Below, in pieces: positions 49,806 to 63,186 of a stretch of 64,000 nucleotides of DNA (its first letter is position 1; every line of letters begins with the position of its first letter). Where the stretch lies: NCBI GenBank assembly GCA_030390025.1, contig CM059433.1, positions 10,914,001-10,978,000 of the forward strand, written 5' to 3'. The notes beneath the pieces were generated by a model. It was not told the DNA's origin. It was given only the letters and a program-made list of their open reading frames with translations, and made no database searches. The stretch is from Squalus acanthias. Its lineage: Eukaryota. Made by a program: the position numbers and the translations under genes.

Positions 49806-51478
49806 TAGCTGTCAGTGGTGTAGTCAAGAATACAACTTGGGAAAACCAGCAGTAATAAGGATTGGATCAAGGGCAGGTTGGAGGGGAAAAGCAATTAGAT
49901 TTTCATTAGAGAGGGATCTGTAATACAGCAGTGTTTTAGGGAGTGGAGAGGTCCACCTTTGTTTCAGAACGGCCAAGATACAGTGCGGTACTTCAGGTAA
50001 ATGGCATTTTTTTAAAATGAGGGAGCTCACACTGCAGGCAGTGGATAATCTTTTCCTCAGGCACAATAGCTAATGGCTTGTCTGTCTAAGGAGACACGGT
50101 AATAGCAGTGAGGGGGTTGAGCGTGCGGCAATAGTTAGAAATACGACTTTTATTTCCAGTGAAGTTGCCAGATCCCGTAAGTGTTTATAAATTGTGTTTA
50201 TTGATTTCTGCATCCAGTGACAGTACTAAGCGTTTCTGTGGCTGGGTATAGCATTGGTCAGGCTCCAGAGCAGGACGCTGAGCTCATTGTCTACCGTTTT
50301 CAGGTCTCCAGCTGAAGTGTCGCTCCCAATTATATAAATTGCTTTCTCCCTCTGATTGATTCACCCACCTGATTGACACTCTGCTATTATAATGATCCTG
50401 AAGTGAATTTTTTTAAAAAAAAGTTAAAGCAGTAAACAAAAAACATGAGAAAAACATTGGCAGGTTGCTGATGTAAATTCAGCGAGCTGGCCTGTTGTTT
50501 TTAATTGTGTGGTGAGTGAGGGAAAAAGGGGGACTGACAGGTAACGAAGGAATGATATCGTGAACAGCAGTGTACCCGCAGCCAAAGAGACCTTTCTGTT
50601 TGCTTAACTCAATGTCAACACTAATTAAATTATACACTCATTACTCCCAAGCACATATCTTTTCTGCTTTTGGTCTCATTAATATTTTTTGGGCTTCCTT
50701 ACCGCTAAAATTCTTCCACATGAAACCCCGCACATATCGCCGTTGGAAGCAATCTTTCACAGCGCTGACTATTAAACTCTAGCCTATTGCTAAAGTTGTT
50801 AATGCTGGTTTCACATTTCTGAAGTGGTTTAACAGCCACTTAAGCAGGGTGTATAAAACTGGCGATGAAGTCAGGAGCAAGAGGCCATGTTACATACAGA
50901 GCTCTGCCACCAGTCCATCTGAGAACAGCCAACTCGGCACAGACCGAGGATTGTGCCTCTGTCTCTGTCTCATCTGTGTAGCTGAGTTATTCATCGCAGA
51001 ACTGTTTCATGATTCCTAAAGCAATTGGCGTTCGGGGGAAGGGGACAAAATGAAGGATTGTTTTTTAATAAATTGTAAAACATATTAGTTTAAACCCCAT
51101 TTATTTTTCGTGCTGTGCAGTTTACCAGAGATCAACTTCGCTTCCCAGTCTGTTATCTTATCTTTGTACTTTTTAGATATGATCTGATCAGTTGACATGC
51201 ACCATTTATAAAAACAAACTAATAGAATTTATTTCCATCAAAAATATTATCAATAAAGTTCATAAAATCGTGGAATAAAAGCCATCCAATGGGAATTAAT
51301 TGTATTGATCTCTGGACCAAAAAGCTTTCAAAAAATGGAACAAGACTGCAGCTAAATGGATTGTTTCCCTTGTTCAGCTCAGGAGGCATAAAGGCATGTA
51401 AATAAGGGATTAAGCAGATTCTGGCAGGATATCATTCAGATACTAACCACTGTGACTATCTTTAATACTTTTATATTT

Positions 51479-51655
51479 GGGGGGGACTGGGTTAGAAGAC
51501 TGTCATTTCAAATCTGGGGCAAAGGGTTTTGATCCAGCCCAGGCTGATGGCTGTAAGGTCCCTTCATGAAAAGGGGTTGAGCAGCCTTGTCCACTTCTAG
51601 TTTGCGTGAGTTCGTAGCTCAAACAGCTCTTAAATCAGCATTAACTGGCACCAAA
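51479..51655 (+). mobile_element. Possible LF-SINE-like relic
   Basis: Ordered blocks GGGGAC, GATCCAGCCCAGG, TGAAA..GTTG, GTCCA.TTC.TAGT, GCATTAACTGGCACC resemble my recollection of the LF-SINE 5' half. Confidence 0.45.
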
Positions 51656-51716
51656 TTGATGTTGACTCGCACCTCTTTTATAGCGAACACACATATTTTC
51701 TCTACATTTATGGTCT

Positions 51717-52146
51717 CTTCTTCTTCTTCTTAGGCAGTCCCTCGGAACCGAGGATGACTTGCTTCCACATTAAAAATGAGTTCTCAGGTGACTGATGAGT
51801 CCAATGCGGGACCTACAGTCTCTGTCACAGGTGGGGCAGACGGTGGTTGAAGGGGCGGGTGGGTGGGGTGCTTGGGTTGACGTGTGCTTCTTGCGCTGCC
51901 TGCGCTTGGCTTCCGCTTGCTCCCGACGAAGAGACTCGAGGTGTTCGGCGCCTTCCCGGGTGCTTCTTCTCCACGTTGTGCAGTCTTGGGTCAGGGATTC
52001 CCAGGTGTCGGTGGGGATATTGCACTTTTTCAAGGAGGTTTTGAGGAAGTCCTTGAAGTGATTCCTCTGCCCACCTGGGGCTCTCTTGCTGCGTCGGAGC
52101 TCCGAGTAGAGCACTTGTTTTGGGAGTCTCGTATCGGGCATGCGGT
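51717..52146 (-). mobile_element. RTE-clade LINE 3' end
   Basis: MPDTRLPKQVLYSEL...R..GGQR..FKD.LK; C2H2 CPTC...GLISHLRTH; (AAG)n tail. Confidence 0.9.
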
Positions 52147-52756
52147 CTCACTCATCTGTAGGCAAAGTGGCGGTGCAGCTTTGTCACAGGAAGTGAAAGA
52201 AATGGTCAAAAATCACGTCAGCGTCACCAATCCACGTGCTTCCTGTCGACCTGTAGCCCTCCCACTCCTGGCATTGTACTAAGCATGAGACATGGGAAAG
52301 GCCATAGGTATGTCCAGTGTGGGAAATAGAAACACCATACTTGCGCAGTAGAGTGCACTATTTTGAATTACACTGACGCAGTTCCGAGGAAGCATCTAAT
52401 AGTTGACCTCATCTGTGAGGGCTAAGTGATGATGCTGGCAAAAAATAATTAAAAATGTCCCATTATCCAGGGCTGACATTGCTTATTTTGATGGAGTCCA
52501 ATAAATTCATAATAACAGTATCCCCCAGAACATAGTGCCAACATTTGCAAATAGAATAACAATATACTTGAAGGATACTACCTTAGTTTGCAAGCTACCC
52601 CTCCTATCCCTATCCCTTGCCACTAAGATTATTATAAATTTGCTTGCTAAGGAAAATATAGGCTAGTGAGTCGGAATTGGGGGGGAGAAATATTAACCCC
52701 CAAACACGGGTGGGTTGGGAGCTGGTGGGGGGTAAAATTGATTGATTTTTAGACCG

Positions 52757-53676
52757 GGAGCCAAAATCCAAAATTTGCAGATGACACAAAACTTGGAAGT
52801 AGAGTTAACAGTGAGGAGGAATAGTGATAGACTTCAGGAAGACATAGACAGGCTGGTGGAATGGGCGGACACGTGGCAGATGAAATTTAATGCAGAAAAA
52901 TGCGAAGTGATACATCTTGGTAGAAAGAATGAGGAGAGGAAATATAAACTAAATGGTTCAATCCTAAAGTGGGTGCACGAACAGAAAGACCTAGGGGTAT
53001 GTGTGCACAAATCGTTGAAGGTGGCAGGGCAGATTGAGAAAGCAGTTAAAAAGGCTTACAGGATCCTGGGCTTCATAAATAGAGGTATAGAGTATAAAAG
53101 TGTGGAAATTATGATGAACCTTTATAAAACACTGGTTCGGCCCCAACTGTAGTACTGTGCCCAATTCTGGGCACCACACTTTAGGAAGGATGTGAAGGTC
53201 TTAGCGAGGGTGCAGAAAAGATTTACGAGAACAATTCCAGGAATGAGGGACTTCAGTTACGTTGATAGACTGGAGAAGCTGGGATTGTTCTCCTTGGAGC
53301 AGAGAAGATTGAGAGGAGATTTGATAGAGGTGTTCAAAATCATGAGTGGTCTGGACAGAGTAGATAGAGAGAAACTGTTCCCATTGGCAGAAGGGTCGAG
53401 AACCAGAGGACACAGATTTAAGGTGATTGGCAAAAGAGCCAAAGGCGACGTAAGAAAAAACTGTTTTACGCAGCGTGTGGTTAGGATCTGGAATGCACTG
53501 CCTGAAAGGGTGGTGGAGGCAGACTCAATCTTATCTTTCAAAAGGGAGTTGGATAAGTATCTGAAGGAAAAAAATTTGCAGGGCTACGGGGAAAGGGCGG
53601 GGGAGTGGGACTAGCTGAGAGTCGGCACGGGCTCGACGGACCGAATGGCCTTCTTCCGTGCTGTAACCATTCTATG
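52757..53676 (+). mobile_element. CR1 3' fragment
   Basis: ORFs 52742..53152 and 53192..53614: LQEDIDRLVEWADTWQMKFN...GYGERAGEW. Confidence 0.93.
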
Positions 53677-54148
53677 AGCGCAACCTGGCTCCAACGAACC
53701 CACTTCCGGGTTTAACTGAGGCGTGTTTGGATGCCGGCGAGAAACCTATTCACCGAAATCGGGGGATTTCATTCTTGCAGGCGGGCGAGTACTTAATGAT
53801 GCAATTGGCATCCTTAGCAGATGTTAATGAGGGCTTTTTTAATTGATTTTATCTTGGCTCCAAATTTTATTTGAGCAGGACGAATCCTCCGGGGCTCAGG
53901 AAACTGACAAGGGAAACGGGCAAGTTTGAGCAGCAGTTCAGGTGGGTATTGAAACTTGTCATTTTCCCATCTTATTGCAGCCGCTGTCTCAGTTCCCATT
54001 GGCAAATGTTTGGCTGAGCCTGCTGGGCTGGTGTGACACAGCTTTTCTCAACCTTGGAGGATTTCCAATTTGACAAGATGAGGATGGGAGGTGCCTTGGA
54101 TGGGTTTGACAGCACATAAGAGGAAGACCATCAGCATCCACGTCAGCG

Positions 54149-54385
54149 ATGACGTGCTGTGGTGGGAGATCAGCACGTGCACAGGAGAGAGGTCCACAGG
54201 AGGGAAGTTTGCAGGTGGAGGAGGACAAAGGGGTTTCATCGCTCATCTTCGATGAGGAGAACGCCGAGGAGGAGGAACAGGAGGATGAAGATGGGGCACC
54301 CATCGCCAGACCAGCCACTTACATTGCTGCCCGGAATGCCATGGATGCCCTACTATCACGAAGGTTCGCCGAGTGTGAAGCATAA
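54149..54385 (+). pseudogene. Harbinger transposase C-terminal remnant
   Basis: Acidic tract followed by AARNAMDALLSRRF, convergent with the Myb gene remnant. Confidence 0.55.
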
Positions 54386-55228
54386 CAAATGAAATCCTGC
54401 AGTCCGCTCCCACCACCAGCACCAACACCCCCCGCCCCTCCCCCTCCCTTTGCACGAAACAGTCCTTCAACCACTCATCCGCCCGTTGCACATCCGCCCA
54501 ATGGGTCCCGTCATGCATTGACATTCATCATGAAATAAGTAAACGGCCGAGTTAACACTCAGGACGCACTAATGGGAAAGATGTGGAAGTGGTGCAAATC
54601 ATTCAATTTTATGTGGCACAATAAAAAAAAAGGAATATTAACAACATAACATTTTGTCAAACACCCATGTGCATACCCTTGGTGAATTACAATTTCTTGA
54701 CATTATGCTTCCTACCGCTTCTACGTGGTGCGTCCCGTGTGTCTTCAGCAGAGGTAGAGGCAGGCTGCTCAGATCCCTGCCCTGTTTGCTGAGATGATTT
54801 TGGCTGACGCCCTCTGGGTTTTGGAGCCCCCGGAGGGCTCCACCAAAGACTGATCCACCTGCACCTGTGCAGGGGCAGACACGGCTATTGGGAGAGGAGA
54901 CAGCATGTCGGGTACTGGCTGAAGGAGGGAGTTGGGGGCAATGGATGAGAAGTGGGAGCACTTTGAGTGGAGTTCCAACTTCCATGTCCCATTTCGCCAT
55001 CAATCCCTTTCCTGTGCCAGCGCCACATGGTTCCCACCGCTCTGCTGCAGACCAACTTGGTGGAGATTAATGACGCGCTGTAAGGCCACAGATAAGGTAT
55101 CTGACATCCAGTTTAAGGCAGCAGACAAGTTGGCATCAAAAGTCTGCATAGCCGTGGTCTCTCTCCATGGCAGACATTTTCACAATTTCCTGCGCCACCA
55201 ATCCACTAGCGATTGCGTTGGCCTCCTA

Positions 55229-55575
55229 AGAACATAAGAACATAAGAAATAGGAGCAGGAATAGGCCACTTGGCCCCTCGAGCCTGCTCCGCCATTCAAT
55301 AAGATCATGCTGATCTTGGGCTCAAAGCCACTTCCCCGCCCACTCCCCATAACCCTTCACTCCCTTATCTTGCAAAAATCTGTCTATCTCCACCTTAAAT
55401 GTATTCAATGACCCAGCCTCCACGGCTCTCTGGGGCAGAGAATTCCACAGATTTACGACCCTCTGAGAGAAGAAATTCCTCCTCATCTCAGTTCTAAAAG
55501 GGCGACCCTTTATTCTAAAACTGTGCCCCCGCGTTCTAGATTTCCCCACGAGGGGAAACATCCTTTCTGCATCCT
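55229..55575 (-). mobile_element. CR1 3' fragment
   Basis: ORF 55322..55561 TRGHSFRIKGRPFRTEMRRNFFSQRVVNLWNSLP. Confidence 0.92.
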
Positions 55576-56544
55576 CTGCGCTACTGTGGGGAGTGTGTGT
55601 GGCACATCTGTCAGTACTTCGCTAAGTTGCTAACACACCTCTAACATTCTCAGTCTCAATAATAGCCCTCAGGGTTCAGCATCTGTGTTCAGCCGAGCAG
55701 AGCTCGGAGAGGATTGCGCTCCCCCCCCCCCACAACACAGACTCTCCACAGCTGTCCCTGCCACCAGTCTCTGTCTGCTCTTGAGGTGTGAATCACCAGG
55801 TGAAAACCCAACTAACTCTCTAATTGGACCCACCGAAGTGCGAGTATCTGCGCTGGTGCACGGCTGTAGGTCCTGTGACGGTGCACCCTCAGGAGGAATG
55901 AGGTCCTCTGAGGAATCATCCTCATGGATGTCCTACAACACTTGCTGTACGCATAAAGGCCCTCGAAGACAAAAGAAAGGGTATGATTTAGTCTTGGCAA
56001 AGTCACAATCTTGAAAATCACCATACTCAGTCTTCTCATAGTTCAGTCATTGATCAAGTAAATTCAGAATATGCGTGCCGGAGATATTTGTAATTCTGTC
56101 ACCAGCTAGCTGCGAGGTCCCTGTCTCTCCATCTCCGATTGAGCGGGATGCAGATGTGCCACTTATCTCCATGGCACCTCCTCTGTATCTGTGAGCTGTA
56201 CTGTTTGTGGCGGCCCACCTCCAGTCCTATCCCTCTCCCTTGAGTTTTGCGCAAGGAGTGAAAAAACAGACCCGAGAGTGAGTGAAGATGAGGTATTCAC
56301 CCGATGGATGAGGTGAGGCATTTGATGAGGGTGACTATGAGACACATTGCATAAGGATTGGGGTGAGTATCAATGGTGGATGGATAAATGGGGAGGTGAT
56401 GAAGTCCATAGATAGTGAAGGCTGGGTGGTGCTGAGTGTTGAGTGGGTGTGAGGAGTGATGTGATGGAGAACACTTAGCAAGACAGAGTGAAAGGAGGGC
56501 GGGCTTACAACACAGGATGTAGTTGAATCAGCAAATGTACTCAT

Positions 56545-56775
56545 TTTCTTGACCTGGTTAGGTCATTAAACCACTTTCTACATTGCATCCATGACCTGGG
56601 CACAATGCTCCTGTTGCTCACCTCCTCAGCTACCTCCAACCACACCTTCCTGGTGAGAGCAGCAGGTTTCTTCCTCCCCTTGCTGGGGTGAAGTATGTCC
56701 CTCCTGCTCCTGACTGCACCCAGTGGTAATTCCAGCGAGACATCATTGAATCTGGGTGCTGCCCTTGCTCTATGT
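56545..56775 (-). pseudogene. Harbinger Myb/SANT-like exon 1 remnant
   Basis: RAAPRFNDVSLE...V.SRRDILHP...WLEVAEEVS..S...RSWMQCRKWFNDLTRS; donor mutated (ATGAGT). Confidence 0.85.
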
Positions 56776-57699
56776 CCACCATCCATCCTGAAGACCTCCA
56801 ATTTCCATTTGTGCACTGCCCCTTTAAATACAGCTGAGATCGCGTCATGCGGGTGCGCATCACGCCCGCTGCACAGCTTGGAGACGCGAAACCCGGAATT
56901 CAAAATTAATTGGTACAATGGAGTTGAGATCGCAGATTCCGACCCGCTCATTTGACTTACGGGTTTTCCCCACGCAATTCCACCCCACCGCACAGAATCT
57001 GTCTTTAGATTAATATCGGGGCCTTGGGTCTCTGATCAGGCTGAACATTCTGGCAAAGAATCCCAGCAACAGATTTTTTTTTAAATGGATTCTCTTCCTG
57101 AATAAACTGAGAATGGGAGGATTGATTTCAGACAAGTTACCTAGGTTTGGAAATTATTATTATAAATAGCAAAGTTTGTAGTGAGTCGCACCTTGGGTGG
57201 AATATTGTGCAATATTCTACTACTGCGCCTGTAATTTTAATGAATGAGCCCACTCATCGTGATGTTCAAGCAGAGGACCAACCAGTAGAGCATTAGCTGT
57301 CAGCATCGCGGGATGAGAAGGTGCAAGTTCGCACATCAGGCATGGAGGTTGCAGTGGAGGTTGTGACAGGGAGGAAGAGCGTAAATTGTACTTCCTAGCA
57401 GTCAGCCAAAGGGAACATTGTCAAAAGACTGGCAACAGCAGAGTTGGGCGTGTTCTAGTGAACATAAGAATTGAAGATAAATTGCACCTGATGCAAAAAG
57501 AGGTCATGCAAGGCCATGGGGCAAAATACATCCAATGGCACAGGGTGGATGGAACATCTTGTTAGATCGGTGTATGTGGTGAGCCTGCACCTGTTAAGAA
57601 TGGTTAGATATTCCCAATCCACGCTTTTGTTCCCGCTAAACCCTCGCTGTCATCCCTCTTCTTGGTGCCAAAGGCTAAGAGATATTGCTTTGCAGTTAA

Positions 57700-58025
57700 C
57701 CACAGTTGCGTTTACCTTGCACTGCATCGGCTCATCAAGGTTACTTCAAGAACACCTCCCTCCCTTATGACCTCTACCGCCAAGGACAAGAGCAGCAATG
57801 TTGTGGGAAAACATCACCTCCAAGTGCTTTTCCAAGTCACACACACCACCCTGACTTGGATATATTTATATATATATTGCTATTCCTTCATCGTTACTGG
57901 GTCAGAATCTTGTAATTCTCTACACAACATCAGGAGAAGGTCCAACACCATCTTTTCAGGGCAACTAGGATGGGCAATAGACGTGCCTTTGCCAATGTCG
58001 CCCACATGCCAAGAACAAATTTAAG
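57700..58025 (+). mobile_element. Old LINE 3' end, putative tail donor of the SINE at 44110
   Basis: CACCATCTTTTCAGGGCAACTAGGATGGGCAATAG resembles that SINE tail. Confidence 0.55.
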
Positions 58026-58177
58026 TTCATCCTGCTGATTTGCTTAACTGTAGACAGAAAAGTTACTAATCAGGAATGCTAATGATTAGGAAGGTGGAGC
58101 CTGCACCAAGCAACCAAATTTAATTATTCAAGCCTCGCTTTTAACCAAACCTGCCCAGCACAAAACGGGTGGGTGGG

Positions 58178-59070
58178 AACATACCAACATACCAACATAC
58201 CAACATACCAACATACCAACATACCAACATACCAACATATGAACATACAAACATACCAACATACGAATTAGGAGCAGGAGTAGGCCACTCGGTCCTTCGA
58301 GCCTGCTCCGCCATTCAATAAGATCATGGCTGATCTGATTACTCCACATTCCCGCCTACGCCCGATAACCTTTCACCCCCTTGCTTATCAAGAATCTATC
58401 TACCTCTGCCTTAAAAACATTTGAAGACTCTGCTTCCACCACCCTCTGAGGAAGAGAGTTCCAAAGACTCACAACCCTCTGTGAGAAAAGATTTCTCCTC
58501 ATCTCTGTCTTAAAAGGGCGACCCCTTATTTTTAAACAGTGACCCATAGTTCTGGATTCTCCCACAAGAGGAAACATCCTCTCCACAGCCACCCTGTCCA
58601 GACTCCTCAGGATCTTATATGTTTCAATCAAGTCACCTCTTACTCTTCTAAACTCCAACGGATATAAGCCTAGTCTGTCCAACCTTTCCTCATAAGACAA
58701 CCCGCCCACTCCAGGTATTAGTCTAGTAAACCTCTCTGAACTGCTTCCAACGCATTTACATCCTTCCTTAAATAAGGAGACCAATACTGTACACAGTACT
58801 CCAGATGTGGTCTCACCAATGCCCTGTATAACTGAAGCATAACCTCCCTACTTTTGTATTCAATTCCCCTCGCAATAAACAATAGCATTCTATTAGCTTT
58901 CCTAATTACTTGCTGTACCTGCATACTAACCTTTTGCGATTCATGCAGTTGGACACCCAGATCCCTCTGCATCTCAGAGCTCTGCAATCTCTCACCATTT
59001 AGATAATATGCTTCTTTTTTATTCTTCCTGCCAAAATGGACAATTTCACATTGTCCCACATTATACCCCA
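58178..59070 (-). mobile_element. CR1 3' fragment with expanded (ACATACCA)n tail
   Basis: ORFs 58356..58784 and 58718..59122; 8-mer tail 58179-58265. Confidence 0.93.
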
Positions 59071-61589
59071 TTGGGTAGTTAAATTGCAGTCGGGGGTGTT
59101 TGTGCTGGGTTTTTTGACACATTCCTGCCTGCTGCCACTTTAACCAGAGACATTAAAGCACAGGTGCGCTGCTCACCCCAGGCGGGCGAGAGCCGAGTTG
59201 CTAAAGACGCGGGCCAGTGATGTAATCGGCGCGGCAACTCCATTTTAACTTGGGGAAACGGGAGGCCCGTCCTCATCCGGCACCACGCGACAAACCAATC
59301 ACATTGCTCAATTTAGTTTTTGAAACTGGTTTCGGCTGCCATCTCGATTTCTGACCCAGATTTGTAATGCAATAAATCATAAATAAATCAATAAATCTGA
59401 AACTTAACCATGAAGTCACCGATTGCATTTTAGAAATGCTTCCCTCTGCAGGCCTGCCCCACTCTCTGGGTCCTAGAATTTGAGTTCTATTGTATTCTCC
59501 CTTGCACTTGGCTGTTTTTTTGTGCACCTGAACTTTGTCTGAATGAAGAGGCTCAACCAACTAGCCCATTCCCAGAAAGCACCACGTCTTGCTGATAAAC
59601 TCTAACTCTCAGAATGCAGATTAAGCCTGTCACATTCCATTGAGTCTCATGCAGTACTAGATGGGAAGGATGGGGCTAATTAACAGGAAGTCATGGCATG
59701 TTCTGTGAATGGTCAGACCCCCGACACAGGAGGTCATCCAATAAGATATACTTACTGAGGTTACGGTACCTTAATTTAAAAAATCCAGTTAAAACAAAAG
59801 TAAATTCAAAATATGTACAGATTTGAAGAAGATGTCTTCTGGCTGCCTCCATCTAATAAAGAACGAAAAGTAAAATAAAATATAGCTGTATGTCTGACAA
59901 ATTGAGAAATTTCACAATTGTGCAGTTCCTGAGGCAAAAGCACACATTGTGAAATGGTTATCGTAATGTAAAGTTGTCTTGCATTAAATGCTTTGACTTA
60001 CTGGTAAAAATTTACAAAACCCTAATGTGTAATCTTGTGAATTGATATCTGGAGCATATGGCATATTATCCTACTTTGTTTTACTTGTCTGTCTAATGTG
60101 GTTTATCGATCAGTGAGTGTCTGTTACTGAATAATGGATGAGTGGTTGTACATTATGGCAGATTTGAGCATTAGTTAGTTGAATTAAGTGCAAGTCACCT
60201 GGCATGTGTTCCATACTGTCATTCCTATCCATCTGAATGCGTGTCTACAGATAGATTGGTATCACTCAATCCTGTTACCCAGTGCAATATTTTCAAGTAT
60301 CATTTCGTCTGGCTGCTACTACCTAATGAAGAGTTTGTTGTTTCGCTTTAGGTCGACCACAGTGGCCTGGTGTTTAAATTTATGATCATTTCTTTTTAAG
60401 TTTATTTATATGGGGAGGGGGAGGGGTATTTGGCTCCATCGCCCCCTTTATTTTGTTGTGTTTTCAATCCATTTTTCTTCATACCTGCAGCTGTCACAGT
60501 AGGGGGTGATTCTGCTTCCACCCCACCACCAGGGTCTCCCTTCACCAGTCACCAACATCCAGTTCCCATCTGAATTTTCTTTTCCCCCCCCCCCCACCCC
60601 CACCCCGGAGGGAGAAGGCAGAGTCTGCGCTCCGCGCCTCCCTATTCAACATGGCTCAGATTGGAAACCGAGCTCGGTGGGACCTGCAGCTGTATCTGGC
60701 CCTGTTCTGCGGGACTGCGCTGTCCCCACGATTTTGAGCACTTAATTTAGCTGCCTTACTGTTGGCAGAAAAGCATAATGTTTCAGACAGGTGCAACGCA
60801 TGGCTGTGCCAACAAACAGCCTAATAATGATGTCAGGCCTGCTTCTTCGCTAAATCTCACTTTCACCTTTGATCCCTAGCCAATGTTAAGTTAATTGATG
60901 TCAGCTAAAGCAGCAGCAAGGGCGCTACACCCCTGGCCTACAAGGGGGAAGTAAATAAGCCAGGGTTCCTGCTTTTGGTCACTCTCCAGTGACCCCACTG
61001 AAAGGTGCACGGGGCCAAAGATTCATGGGCCTTCCAGCACACTCCCACCATCATAGGTAACGGCAGAAGTTTGGTAGAAGACCCACAAATTAGGCCAGGA
61101 CCCAGATAAGCCAGATGCCGGCTTTTTCTGAGGGGCCTTGTAAAAGGAAGATCTCCCTAAAAAAGGCCAATCGATGGAAATGGGGCCCACCTTGGAGAGC
61201 TGGACCTGGGACTTGGCCTGGACCCTTGAAGATTTGTGAAACGTGCAAGTTCTCTCTGATCCTTTCATCAACCCAATGAGCCACTACGAGGATGTTTCCA
61301 GGGTGAGGTGCCCGGCATCAGTCCAGAACAAGCACACAGCGCCACAGTTTGTGGCTTCCCCAATAAGCCGGCCCCCGAGACGAATCTCTAGTGGCGCGGG
61401 CACCACCTGCTTTATTTAGAGTAAGTGACCTCCTCCTGACCCCATGAACTTTAGGGGGTCAGCACTGAAGGTCACAGTGGGGCACATCCCGAAACTTGTG
61501 CTGAGATGCTGAGCCATGGGTTTTCAATTCTCTTGTGCAGTGATGTCAGGTAAGGACAAAAGTAGGTACGGCTGTGATGCCTCCAGTCA

Positions 61590-62042
61590 ACAAAAAGAAA
61601 GACTTGCATTTATATAGCGCCTTTCACGACCTCAGGATGTCCAAAAGCGCTTTACAGCCAATGAAGTAGTTTTGAAGTTTAATCACTGTTGCAATGTAGG
61701 ATACGCAGCAGCCAATTTGCGCACAGCAAGGTCCCACAAACAGCAATGTGATAATGACCAGATAATCTGTTTTAGTGATTTTGGTTGTGGGATAAATATT
61801 GGCCAGGAAACCGGTGAGAACTCCCCTGCTCTTCTTTAAAATAGTGCCAAAAGATCCTTTACATCTACCTAAGAGGGCATAACATCTCATATAAAAGACA
61901 GCACCTCCGACAGTGCAGCACTCCCTCAGCACTGCACTGGAGTGTCAGCCGAGAGTTTGTGCTCAAGTCTCTGGAGTTTGACTTGAACCCATGATGTTTT
62001 GACCCAGAGGCAAGAGTGCTACCAACTGAGCCATGGCTGACA
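61590..62042 (-). mobile_element. Deu-domain SINE
   Basis: Collinear with other copies. Confidence 0.88.
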
Positions 62043-63186
62043 CCTTTCAATGCTGATGAAGAATGGCCACTTGGCTACTTGAATTTTGCAGCCTGCCTTG
62101 TAAAGAGCAGAACCTCTGTCTGCTCATTACAAGGGAAATGTTGTTGGGGGGAGGGGAGGGTGTTGGATGGAGCTGGGGATGGGGCGACTCCACGCCGAGA
62201 ATTCCTGCCTCCCTGGTGTAGAGCTGGAGGCAACTACGCCCAGTGAGATGAAGCGCACTGGCCTCTAGCTGGAGGGACCCCTGGATCCCCAAAGAATAGT
62301 ACATTCATTTGAAAAAAAAACTTGATTGGCTTTTTTCCACAAGGGGTTGATGGGGGTCACGGCTGGAGGGCAAGCGCCAGATTTTCCGGCTGCATTGGGG
62401 CAAGCAGACGCTGATGTTGCACCCGCTGGGGCACTTGTGCCCACTTGCCCCAGTGATATTGAGGTGCTTTCCCACTGACCCCATAAGTTCCAGCGGTGTC
62501 AGCACTTGCAGGCATTGATGGGCGCAACCAAAGAGTAACCATCCAGATTTTCAGGGCCGTGTTCTGGTCACACACTCGTAGCAGGTTGATAAAGTATTGG
62601 GGGTGGGGGGGAGGGGGGCGGCGGTGGAGGGAATGACTTGGAGCTTACCAACACAGTGAGCAATGAGTACTTCTAGTGCATCAGACAAAATATGGCGGTA
62701 ATGCATAACCCAATGAAACATATGCAAATTGATATCCATACGTACAGATGGTGGAGCAGATAGTTTTTTGTGCTGATTAAGATACAGAGTGAGTAGTAAA
62801 GATCACAATTAGCCTTAACAGTGTAATGCAGAAGTCAATAACAATTCTAGAATCAGGCTCTTGTGTGCACTGGAGATCTTTATAATGATTTTCTAAAAGC
62901 CTTTCACTTCCTAATCCAATTTATGGTTTATTGGTTAAAATACTTTGAAATTATAGAGGTGATTCTGCCATGCAGCGCTCAGGGAGCACAACATTAATGG
63001 ACAGCTAATCGTTGCCTGGTGCCCACAGTTTCCTCAAATGCAGTTCCTGTAGGCAACACTTGTCACTGGGTGAATTGGAGCGAACAAACAACATTGTCAA
63101 TCTATACAATAGAGGTCATTGTCAATCTATACAAAAATGAGAAGTCGCACAACACCAGGTTATAGTCCAACAGATTTATTTAATTT

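Larger units (their letters stand above)
52682..57023. mobile_element. Second decayed Harbinger (opposite orientation), interrupted by two CR1 fragments
   Basis: Myb/SANT remnant on minus strand, transposase C-terminus on plus strand; ends GGGAGAAATATTAA / TTAATATCGGGGCC only weakly inverted, so limits are approximate. Confidence 0.7.
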
